A DNA stretch of 64,000 nt from assembly GCF_009914755.1 (NCBI RefSeq), contig NC_060942.1; one strand, 5' to 3'. Below are positions 1-10,850 of the stretch, in pieces (position 1 is the stretch's first letter; every line of letters starts with the position of its first letter). A program made the position numbers and the translations under genes. The notes beneath the pieces were generated by a model, which was not told where the DNA came from, did not search any database, and saw only the letters and a program-made list of their open reading frames with translations. This DNA is from the human T2T-CHM13v2.0 reference genome, Homo sapiens.

Positions 1-283
1 TCTTTGGGATGTTTGCATTCAAGTCACAGAGTAGAACATTCCCTTTGGTAGAGCAGGTTTGAAACACTCTTTTTGTAGTATCTGGAAGTGGACATTTGGA
101 GCGCTTTCAGGCCCATGTTGGAAAGGGAAATATCTTCCCGTAACAACTAGGCAGAAGCATTCTCAGAAACTTATTTGAGATGTGTGTACTCAACTAAGAG
201 AATTGAACCACCGTTTTGAAGGAGCAGTTTTGAAACACTCTTTTTCTGGAATCTGCAAGAGTATATTTGCCTAGCCATGAGGA

Positions 284-300
284 TTTCGTTGGAAACGGGA
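284..300 (+). promoter_or_regulatory. CENP-B box (TTTCGTTGGAAACGGGA), repeated at the same offset in every HOR
   Basis: Exact match to the 17-bp consensus YTTCGTTGGAARCGGGA. Confidence 0.97.
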
Positions 301-504
301 TTGTCTTCAGAGAAAATCTAGACAGAAGCATTCTCAGAAACTTCTTTGGGATGTTTGCATTCAAGTCACAGAGTAGAACATTCCCTTTGGTAGAGCAGGT
401 TTGAAACACTCTTTTTTTAGTATATGGAAGTGGACATTTTGATCGCTTTCAGGCCTACGTTGGAAAAGGAAATATCTTCCCATAACAACTAGACAGAAGC
501 ATTC

Positions 505-522
505 TCAGAAACTAGTTTCTGA
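505..522. other. Perfect 18-bp palindrome TCAGAAACTAGTTTCTGA (central SpeI site), one per HOR
   Basis: The sequence equals its own reverse complement; it recurs at offset 505 of each unit. Confidence 0.93.
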
Positions 523-625
523 TGTGTGTCCTCAACTAACACAGTTGAACATTTCTTTAGACAGAACAGTTTTGAAACACTCTTTTTGTGGAATCTGCAA
601 GTGGCTATTTGGCTGGATTTGAGGA

Positions 626-642
626 TTTCGTTGGAAACGGGA
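626..642 (+). promoter_or_regulatory. CENP-B box (TTTCGTTGGAAACGGGA), repeated in every HOR
   Basis: Exact consensus match, 342 bp after the previous box. Confidence 0.97.
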
Positions 643-963
643 TTACATATAAAAAGCAGTCAGCAGCATTCTCAGAAAGTTCTTTGTGATGATTGCATTC
701 AAGTCACAGAATTGAACATTCCCTTTCACAGAGCAGGTTTGAAACACTCTTTTTGTAGTGTGTGTAAGTGGACATTTGGAGCACTTACCGGCCTAAGGTG
801 GAAAAGGAAATATCTTCCCATAAAAACTAGACAGAAGCATTCTCAGAAACTTACTCGTGATGTGTGTCCTCAACTAAAGGAGTAGAACCTTTCTTTTCAT
901 AGAGAAGTTTTGAAACGCTCTTTTTGTGGAATCTGCAAGTGGATATTTGGCTAGTTTTGAGGA

Positions 964-980
964 TTTCGTTGGAAGCGGGA
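964..980 (+). promoter_or_regulatory. CENP-B box (TTTCGTTGGAAGCGGGA) overlapping an EcoRI site (979-984); paralogous copies at 1639 and 2314
   Basis: Exact consensus match; two copies per 12-mer and three per 16-mer. Confidence 0.97.
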
Positions 981-1301
981 ATTCATACAAATTGCAGACT
1001 GCAGCGTTCTGAGAAACATCTTTGTGATGTTTGTATTCAGGACACAGAGTTGAACATTCCCTATCATAGAGCAGGTTGGAATCACTCCTTTTGTAGTATC
1101 TGGAAGTGGACATTTGGAGCGCTTTCAGGCCTATGTTGGAAAAGGAAATATCTTCCCATAACAACTAGACAGAAGCATTCTCAGAAACTTATTTGAGATG
1201 TGTGTACTCAACTAAGAGAATTGAACCACCGTTTTGAAGGAGCAGTTTTGAAACACTCTTTTTCTGGAATCTGCAAGTGGATATTTGGCTAGCTTTGGGG
1301 A

Positions 1302-1318
1302 TTTCGCTGGAAGCGGGA
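1302..1318 (+). promoter_or_regulatory. Variant CENP-B box (TTTCGCTGGAAGCGGGA), core residues intact
   Basis: Matches the nTTCGnnnnAnnCGGGn core; the T>C change is at a non-core position. Second copy at 1977 in the 16-mer. Confidence 0.9.
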
Positions 1319-2651
1319 ATACATATAAAAAGCACACAGCAGCGTTCTGAGAAACTGCTTTCTGATGTTTGCATTCAAGTCAAAAGTTGAACACTCCCTT
1401 TCATAGAGCAGTCTTGAAACACCCCTTTTGTAGTATCTGGAACTGGACTTTTGGAGCGCTTTCAGGGCTAAGGTGAAAAAGGAAATATCTTCCCATAAAA
1501 ACTGGACAGAAGCATTCTCAGAAACTTGGTTATGCTGTATCTACTCAACTAACAAAGTTGAACCTTTCTTTTGATAGAGCAGTTTTGAAATGGTCTTTTT
1601 GTGGAATCTGCAAGTGGATATTTGGCTAGTTTTGAGGATTTCGTTGGAAGCGGGAATTCATACAAATTGCAGACTGCAGCGTTCTGAGAAACATCTTTGT
1701 GATGTTTGTATTCAGGACACAGAGTTGAACATTCCCTATCATAGAGCAGGTTGGAATCACTCCTTTTGTAGTATCTGGAAGTGGACATTTGGAGCGCTTT
1801 CAGGCCTATGTTGGAAAAGGAAATATCTTCCCATAACAACTAGACAGAAGCATTCTCAGAAACTTATTTGAGATGTGTGTACTCAACTAAGAGAATTGAA
1901 CCACCGTTTTGAAGGAGCAGTTTTGAAACTCTCTTTTTCTGGAATCTGCAAGTGGATATTTGGCTAGCTTTGGGGATTTCGCTGGAAGCGGGAATACATA
2001 TAAAAAGCACACAGCAGCGTTCTGAGAAACTGCTTTCTGATGTTTGCATTCAAGTCAAAAGTTGAACACTCCCTTTCATAGAGCAGTCTTGAAACACCCG
2101 TTTTGTAGTATCTGGAACTGGACTTTTGGAGCGATTTCAGGGCTAAGGTGAAAAAGGAAATATCTTCCCATAAAAACTGGACAGAAGCATTCTCAGAAAC
2201 TTGTTTATGCTGTAACTACTCAACTAACAAAGTTGAACCTTTCTTTTGATAGAGCAGTTTTGAAATGGTCTTTTTGTGGAATCTGCAAGTGGATATTTGG
2301 CTAGTTTTGAGGATTTCGTTGGAAGCGGGAATTCATACAAATTGCAGACTGCAGCGTTCTGAGAAACATCTTTGTGATGTTTGTATTCAGGACACAGAGT
2401 TGAACATTCCCTATCATAGAGCAGGTTGGAATCACTCCTTTTGTAGTATCTGGAAGTGGACATTTGGAGCGCTTTCAGGCCTATTTTGGAAAGGGAAATA
2501 TCTTCCCGTAACAACTATGCAGAAGCATTCTCAGAAACTTGTTTGTGATGTGTGCCCTCTACTGACAGAGTTGAACCTTTCTTTTCATAGAGCAGTTTTG
2601 AAACACTCTTTTTGTAGAATCTGCAAGAGGATATTTGCATAGCTTTGAGGA

Positions 2652-2668
2652 TTTCGTGGGAAACGGGA
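2652..2668 (+). promoter_or_regulatory. Variant CENP-B box (TTTCGTGGGAAACGGGA), core residues intact
   Basis: Matches the nTTCGnnnnAnnCGGGn core; the T>G change is at a non-core position. Confidence 0.9.
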
Positions 2669-2710
2669 TTGTCTTCAGGTAAAATCTAGACAGAAGCATT
2701 CTCAGAAACT

Positions 2711-4745
2711 TCTTTGGGATGTTTGCATTCAAGTCACAGAGTAGAACATTCCCTTTGGTAGAGCAGGTTTGAAACACTCTTTTTGTAGTATCTGGAAGTG
2801 GACATTTGGAGCGCTTTCAGGCCCATGTTGGAAAGGGAAATATCTTCCCGTAACAACTAGGCAGAAGCATTCTCAGAAACTTATTTGAGATGTGTGTACT
2901 CAACTAAGAGAATTGAACCACCGTTTTGAAGGAGCAGTTTTGAAACACTCTTTTTCTGGAATCTGCAAGAGTATATTTGCCTAGCCTTGAGGATTTCGTT
3001 GGAAACGGGATTGTCTTCAGAGAAAATCTAGACAGAAGCATTCTCAGAAACTTCTTTGGGATGTTTGCATTCAAGTCACAGAGTAGAACATTCCCTTTGG
3101 TAGAGCAGGTTTGAAACACTCTTTTTTTAGTATATGGAAGTGGACATTTTGATCGCTTTCAGGCCTACGTTGGAAAAGGAAATATCTTCCCATAACAACT
3201 AGACAGAAGCATTCTCAGAAACTAGTTTCTGATGTGTGTCCTCAACTAACACAGTTGAACATTTCTTTAGACAGAACAGTTTTGAAACACTCTTTTTGTG
3301 GAATCTGCAAGTGGCTATTTGGCTAGATTTGAGGATTTCGTTGGAAACGGGATTACATATAAAAAGCAGTCAGCAGCATTCTCAGAAAGTTCTTTGTGAT
3401 GATTGCATTCAAGTCACAGAATTGAACATTCCCTTTCACAGAGCAGGTTTGAAACACTCTTTTTGTAGTGTGTGTAAGTGGACATTTGGAGCACTTACCG
3501 GCCTAAGGTGAAAAAGGAAATATCTTCCCATAAAAACTAGACAGAAGCATTCTCAGAAACTTACTCGTGATGTGTGTCCTCAACTAAAGGAGTAGAACCT
3601 TTCTTTTCATAGAGAAGTTTTGAAACGCTCTTTTTGTGGAATCTGCAAGTGGATATTTGGCTAGTTTTGAGGATTTCGTTGGAAGCGGGAATTCATACAA
3701 ATTGCAGACTGCAGCGTTCTGAGAAACATCTTTGTGATGTTTGTATTCAGGACACAGAGTTGAACATTCCCTATCATAGAGCAGGTTTGAATCACTCCTT
3801 TTGTAGTATCTGGAAGTGGACATTTGGAGCGCTTTCAGGCCTATGTTGGAAAAGGAAATATCTTCCCATAACAACTAGACAGAAGCATTCTCAGAAACTT
3901 ATTTGAGATGTGTGTACTCAACTAAGAGAATTGAACCACCGTTTTGAAGGAGCAGTTTTGAAACTCTCTTTTTCTGGAATCTGCAAGTGGATATTTGGCT
4001 AGCTTTGGGGATTTCGCTGGAAGCGGGAATACATATAAAAAGCACACAGCAGCGTTCTGAGAAACTGCTTTCTGATGTTTGCATTCAAGTCAAAAGTTGA
4101 ACACTCCCTTTCATAGAGCAGTCTTGAAACACCCCTTTTGTAGTATCTGGAACTGGACTTTTGGAGCGATTTCAGGGCTAAGGTGAAAAAGGAAATATCT
4201 TCCCATAAAAACTGGACAGAAGCATTCTCAGAAACTTGTTTATGCTGTATCTACTCAACTAACAAAGTTGAACCTTTCTTTTGATAGAGCAGTTTTGAAA
4301 TGGTCTTTTTGTGGAATCTGCAAGTGGATATTTGGCTAGTTTTGAGGATTTCGTTGGAAGCGGGAATTCATACAAATTGCAGACTGCAGCGTTCTGAGAA
4401 ACATCTTTGTGATGTTTGTATTCAGGACACAGAGTTGAACATTCCCTATCATAGAGCAGGTTGGAATCACTCCTTTTGTAGTATCTGGAAGTGGACATTT
4501 GGAGCGCTTTCAGGCCTATTTTGGAAAGGGAAATATCTTCCCGTAACAACTATGCAGAAGCATTCTCAGAAACTTGTTTGTGATGTGTGCCCTCTACTGA
4601 CAGAGTTGAACCTTTCTTTTCATAGAGCAGTTTTGAAACACTCTTTTTGTAGAATCTGCAAGAGGATATTTGCATAGCTTTGAGGATTTCGTGGGAAACG
4701 GGATTGTCTTCAGGTAAAATCTAGACAGAAGCATTCTCAGAAACT
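2711..4745 (+). repeat. D18Z1: Representative canonical 12-mer HOR unit (2035 bp); probable chromosome 18 D18Z1 / S2C18H1L type, suprachromosomal family 2
   Basis: Six dimers with CENP-B box spacings of 342, 338, 338, 337, 338 and 342 bp sum to 2035. Two EcoRI sites (GCGGGAATTC) per unit give 675 + 1360 bp fragments, matching the recalled ~0.68/1.36-kb EcoRI chr18 alphoid fragments and ~2.0-kb 12-mer. Chromosome assignment is from recollection and needs alignment or HMM confirmation. Confidence 0.78.
3503..3519 (+). promoter_or_regulatory. pJalpha-type (A-box) motif in the monomers lacking a CENP-B box (CTAAGGTGAAAAAGGAA), representative copy
   Basis: Occupies the position equivalent to the CENP-B box in alternate monomers; one mismatch to the recalled A-box consensus CTAYGGTGRAAAAGGAA. 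Confidence 0.7.
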
Positions 4746-7700
4746 TCTTTGGGATGTTTGCATTCAAGTCACAGAGTAGAACATTCCCTTTGGTAGAGCA
4801 GGTTTGAAACACTCTTTTTGTAGTATCTGGAAGTGGACATTTGGAGCGCTTTCAGGCCCATGTTGGAAAGGGAAATATCTTCCCGTAACAACTAGGCAGA
4901 AGCATTCTCAGAAACTTATTTGAGATGTGTGTACTCAACTAAGAGAATTGAACCACCGTTTTGAAGGAGCAGTTTTGAAACACTCTTTTTCTGGAATCTG
5001 CAAGAGTATATTTGCCTAGCCTTGAGGATTTCGTTGGAAACGGGATTGTCTTCAGAGAAAATCTAGACAGAAGCATTCTCAGAAACTTCTTTGGGATGTT
5101 TGCATTCAAGTCACAGAGTAGAACATTCCCTTTGGTAGAGCAGGTTTGAAACACTCTTTTTTTAGTATATGGAAGTGGACATTTGGAGCGCTTTCAGGCC
5201 TACGTTGGAAAAGGAAATATCTTCCCATAACAACTAGACAGAAGCATTCTCAGAAACTAGTTTCTGATGTGTGTCCTCAACTAACACAGTTGAACATTTC
5301 TTTAGACAGAACAGTTTTGAAACACTCTTTTTGTGGAATCTGCAAGTGGCTATTTGGCTAGATTTGAGGATTTCGTTGGAAACGGGATTACATATAAAAA
5401 GCAGTCAGCAGCATTCTCAGAAAGTTCTTTGTGATGATTGCATTCAAGTCACAGAATTGAACATTCCCTTTCACAGAGCAGGTTTGAAACACTCTTTTTG
5501 TAGTGTGTGTAAGTGGACATTTGGAGCACTTACCGGCCTAAGGTGAAAAAGGAAATATCTTCCCATAAAAACTAGACAGAAGCATTCTCAGAAACTTACT
5601 CGTGATGTGTGTCCTCAACTAAAGGAGTAGAACCTTTCTTTTCATAGAGAAGTTTTGAAACGCTCTTTTTGTGGAATCTGCAAGTGGATATTTGGCTAGT
5701 TTTGAGGATTTCGTTGGAAGCGGGAATTCATACAAATTGCAGACTGCAGCGTTCTGAGAAACATCTTTGTGATGTTTGTATTCAGGACACAGAGTTGAAC
5801 ATTCCCTATCATAGAGCAGGTTGGAATCACTCCTTTTGTAGTATCTGGAAGTGGACATTTGGAGCGCTTTCAGGCCTATGTTGGAAAAGGAAATATCTTC
5901 CCATAACAACTAGACAGAAGCATTCTCAGAAACTTATTTGAGATGTGTGTACTCAACTAAGAGAATTGAACCACCGTTTTGAAGGAGCAGTTTTGAAACT
6001 CTCTTTTTCTGGAATCTGCAAGTGGATATTTGGCTAGCTTTGGGGATTTCGCTGGAAGCGGGAATACATATAAAAAGCACACAGCAGCGTTCTGAGAAAC
6101 TGCTTTCTGATGTTTGCATTCAAGTCAAAAGTTGAACACTCCCTTTCATAGAGCAGTCTTGAAACACCCCTTTTGTAGTATCTGGAACTGGACTTTTGGA
6201 GCGATTTCAGGGCTAAGGTGAAAAAGGAAATATCTTCCCATAAAAACTGGACAGAAGCATTCTCAGAAACTTGTTTATGCTGTATCTACTCAACTAACAA
6301 AGTTGAACCTTTCTTTTGATAGAGCAGTTTTGAAATGGTCTTTTTGTGGAATCTGCAAGTGGATATTTGGCTAGTTTTGAGGATTTCGTTGGAAGCGGGA
6401 ATTCATACAAATTGCAGACTGCAGCGTTCTGAGAAACATCTTTGTGATGTTTGTATTCAGGACACAGAGTTGAACATTCCCTATCATAGAGCAGGTTGGA
6501 ATCACTCCTTTTGTAGTATCTGGAAGTGGACATTTGGAGCGCTTTCAGGCCTATTTTGGAAAGGGAAATATCTTCCCGTAACAACTATGCAGAAGCATTC
6601 TCAGAAACTTGTTTGTGATGTGTGCCCTCTACTGACAGAGTTGAACCTTTCTTTTCATAGAGCAGTTTTGAAACACTCTTTTTGTAGAATCTGCAAGAGG
6701 ATATTTGCATAGCTTTGAGGATTTCGTGGGAAACGGGATTGTCTTCAGGTAAAATCTAGACAGAAGCATTCTCAGAAACTTCTTTGGGATGTTTGCATTC
6801 AAGTCACAGAGTAGAACATTCCCTTTGGTAGAGCAGGTTTGAAACACTCTTTTTGTAGTATCTGGAAGTGGACATTTGGAGCGCTTTCAGGCCCATGTTG
6901 GAAAGGGAAATATCTTCCCGTAACAACTAGGCAGAAGCATTCTCAGAAACTTATTTGAGATGTGTGTACTCAACTAAGAGAATTGAACCACCGTTTTGAA
7001 GGAGCAGTTTTGAAACACTCTTTTTCTGGAATCTGCAAGAGTATATTTGCCTAGCCTTGAGGATTTCGTTGGAAACGGGATTGTCTTCAGAGAAAATCTA
7101 GACAGAAGCATTCTCAGAAACTTCTTTGGGATGTTTGCATTCAAGTCACAGAGTAGAACATTCCCTTTGGTAGAGCAGGTTTGAAACACTCTTTTTTTAG
7201 TATATGGAAGTGGACATTTGGAGCGCTTTCAGGCCTACGTTGGAAAAGGAAATATCTTCCCATAACAACTAGACAGAAGCATTCTCAGAAACTAGTTTCT
7301 GATGTGTGTCCTCAACTAACACAGTTGAACATTTCTTTAGACAGAACAGTTTTGAAACACTCTTTTTGTGGAATCTGCAAGTGGCTATTTGGCTAGATTT
7401 GAGGATTTCGTTGGAAACGGGATTACATATAAAAAGCAGTCAGCAGCATTCTCAGAAAGTTCTTTGTGATGATTGCATTCAAGTCACAGAATTGAACATT
7501 CCCTTTCACAGAGCAGGTTTGAAACACTCTTTTTGTAGTGTGTGTAAGTGGACATTTGGAGCACTTACCGGCCTAAGGTGAAAAAGGAAATATCTTCCCA
7601 TAAAAACTAGACAGAAGCATTCTCAGAAACTTACTCGTGATGTGTGTCCTCAACTAAAGGAGTAGAACCTTTCTTTTCATAGAGAAGTTTTGAAACGCTC

Positions 7701-10700
7701 TTTTTGTGGAATCTGCAAGTGGATATTTGGCTAGTTTTGAGGATTTCGTTGGAAGCGGGAATTCATACAAATTGCAGACTGCAGCGTTCTGAGAAACATC
7801 TTTGTGATGTTTGTATTCAGGACACAGAGTTGAACATTCCCTATCATAGAGCAGGTTTGAATCACTCCTTTTGTAGTATCTGGAAGTGGACATTTGGAGC
7901 GCTTTCAGGCCTATGTTGGAAAAGGAAATATCTTCCCATAACAACTAGACAGAAGCATTCTCAGAAACTTATTTGAGATGTGTGTACTCAACTAAGAGAA
8001 TTGAACCACCGTTTTGAAGGAGCAGTTTTGAAACTCTCTTTTTCTGGAATCTGCAAGTGGATATTTGGCTAGCTTTGGGGATTTCGCTGGAAGCGGGAAT
8101 ACATATAAAAAGCACACAGCAGCGTTCTGAGAAACTGCTTTCTGATGTTTGCATTCAAGTCAAAAGTTGAACACTCCCTTTCATAGAGCAGTCTTGAAAC
8201 ACCCCTTTTGTAGTATCTGGAACTGGACTTTTGGAGCGATTTCAGGGCTAAGGTGAAAAAGGAAATATCTTCCCATAAAAACTGGACAGAAGCATTCTCA
8301 GAAACTTGGTTATGCTGTATCTACTCAACTAACAAAGTTGAACCTTTCTTTTGATAGAGCAGTTTTGAAATGGTCTTTTTGTGGAATCTGCAAGTGGATA
8401 TTTGGCTAGTTTTGAGGATTTCGTTGGAAGCGGGAATTCATACAAATTGCAGACTGCAGCGTTCTGAGAAACATCTTTGTGATGTTTGTATTCAGGACAC
8501 AGAGTTGAACATTCCCTATCATAGAGCAGGTTGGAATCACTCCTTTTGTAGTATCTGGAAGTGGACATTTGGAGCGCTTTCAGGCCTATTTTGGAAAGGG
8601 AAATATCTTCCCGTAACAACTATGCAGAAGCATTCTCAGAAACTTGTTTGTGATGTGTGCCCTCTACTGACAGAGTTGAACCTTTCTTTTCATAGAGCAG
8701 TTTTGAAACACTCTTTTTGTAGAATCTGCAAGAGGATATTTGCATAGCTTTGAGGATTTCGTGGGAAACGGGATTGTCTTCAGGTAAAATCTAGACAGAA
8801 GCATTCTCAGAAACTTCTTTGGGATGTTTGCATTCAAGTCACAGAGTAGAACATTCCCTTTGGTAGAGCAGGTTTGAAACACTCTTTTTGTAGTATCTGG
8901 AAGTGGACATTTGGAGCGCTTTCAGGCCCATGTTGGAAAGGGAAATATCTTCCCGTAACAACTAGGCAGAAGCATTCTCAGAAACTTATTTGAGATGTGT
9001 GTACTCAACTAAGAGAATTGAACCACCGTTTTGAAGGAGCAGTTTTGAAACACTCTTTTTCTGGAATCTGCAAGAGTATATTTGCCTAGCCTTGAGGATT
9101 TCGTTGGAAACGGGATTGTCTTCAGAGAAAATCTAGACAGAAGCATTCTCAGAAACTTCTTTGGGATGCTTGCATTCCAGTCACAGAGTAGAACATTCCC
9201 TTTGGTAGAGCAGGTTTGAAACACTCTTTTTGTAGTATCTGGAAGTGGACATTTGGAGCGCTTTCAGGCCTACGTTGGAAAAGGAAATATCTTCCCATAA
9301 CAACTAGACAGAAGCATTCTCAGAAACTAGTTTCTGATGTGTGTCCTCAACTAACACAGTTGAACATTTCTTTAGACAGAACAGTTTTGAAACACTCTTT
9401 TTGTGGAATCTGCAAGTGGCTATTTGGCTAGATTTGAGGATTTCGTTGGAAACGGGATTACATATAAAAAGCAGTCAGCAGCATTCTCAGAAAGTTCTTT
9501 GTGATGATTGCATTCAAGTCACAGAATTGAACATTCCCTTTCACAGAGCAGGTTTGAAACACTCTTTTTGTAGTGTGTGTAAGTGGACATTTGGAGCACT
9601 TACCGGCCTAAGGTGAAAAAGGAAATATCTTCCCATAAAAACTAGACAGAAGCATTCTCAGAAACTTACTCGTGATGTGTGTCCTCAACTAAAGGAGTAG
9701 AACCTTTCTTTTCATAGAGAAGTTTTGAAACGCTCTTTTTGTGGAATCTGCAAGTGGATATTTGGCTAGTTTTGAGGATTTCGTTGGAAGCGGGAATTCA
9801 TACAAATTGCAGACTGCAGCGTTCTGAGAAACATCTTTGTGATGTTTGTATTCAGGACACAGAGTTGAACATTCCCTATCATAGAGCAGGTTTGAATCAC
9901 TCCTTTTGTAGTATCTGGAAGTGGACATTTGGAGCGCTTTCAGGCCTATGTTGGAAAAGGAAATATCTTCCCATAACAACTAGACAGAAGCATTCTCAGA
10001 AACTTATTTGAGATGTGTGTACTCAACTAAGAGAATTGAACCACCGTTTTGAAGGAGCAGTTTTGAAACTCTCTTTTTCTGGAATCTGCAAGTGGATATT
10101 TGGCTAGCTTTGGGGATTTCGCTGGAAGCGGGAATACATATAAAAAGCACACAGCAGCGTTCTGAGAAACTGCTTTCTGATGTTTGCATTCAAGTCAAAA
10201 GTTGAACACTCCCTTTCATAGAGCAGTCTTGAAACACCCCTTTTGTAGTATCTGGAACTGGACTTTTGGAGCGATTTCAGGGCTAAGGTGAAAAAGGAAA
10301 TATCTTCCCATAAAAACTGGACAGAAGCATTCTCAGAAACTTGTTTATGCTGTATCTACTCAACTAACAAAGTTGAACCTTTCTTTTGATAGAGCAGTTT
10401 TGAAATGGTCTTTTTGTGGAATCTGCAAGTGGATATTTGGCTAGTTTTGAGGATTTCGTTGGAAGCGGGAATTCATACAAATTGCAGACTGCAGCGTTCT
10501 GAGAAACATCTTTGTGATGTTTGTATTCAGGACACAGAGTTGAACATTCCCTATCATAGAGCAGGTTGGAATCACTCCTTTTGTAGTATCTGGAAGTGGA
10601 CATTTGGAGCGCTTTCAGGCCTATTTTGGAAAGGGAAATATCTTCCCGTAACAACTATGCAGAAGCATTCTCAGAAACTTGTTTGTGATGTGTGCCCTCT

Positions 10701-10850
10701 ACTGACAGAGTTGAACCTTTCTTTTCATAGAGCAGTTTTGAAACACTCTTTTTGTAGAATCTGCAAGAGGATATTTGCATAGCTTTGAGGATTTCGTGGG
10801 AAACGGGATTGTCTTCAGGTAAAATCTAGACAGAAGCATTCTCAGAAACT

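Larger units (their letters stand above)
1..2710 (+). repeat. 16-mer HOR structural variant U1 (2710 bp = 12-mer + duplicated 675-bp tetramer), haplotype A
   Basis: Anchor ORF spacing 526->3236 = 2710. Three EcoRI-bearing CENP-B boxes at 964, 1639 and 2314, each 675 bp apart. Confidence 0.96.
2711..10850 (+). repeat. Four tandem 12-mer HORs (U2-U5)
   Basis: Exact 2035-bp periodicity; unit starts 2711, 4746, 6781, 8816. Confidence 0.96.

Noticed and set aside
2711-4745. Assignment to DXZ1 (also a ~2.0-kb 12-mer)
   Set aside because: DXZ1 is a pentameric SF3 HOR of about 2057 bp with a BamHI periodicity. This unit is strictly dimeric, 2035 bp, with paired EcoRI sites.
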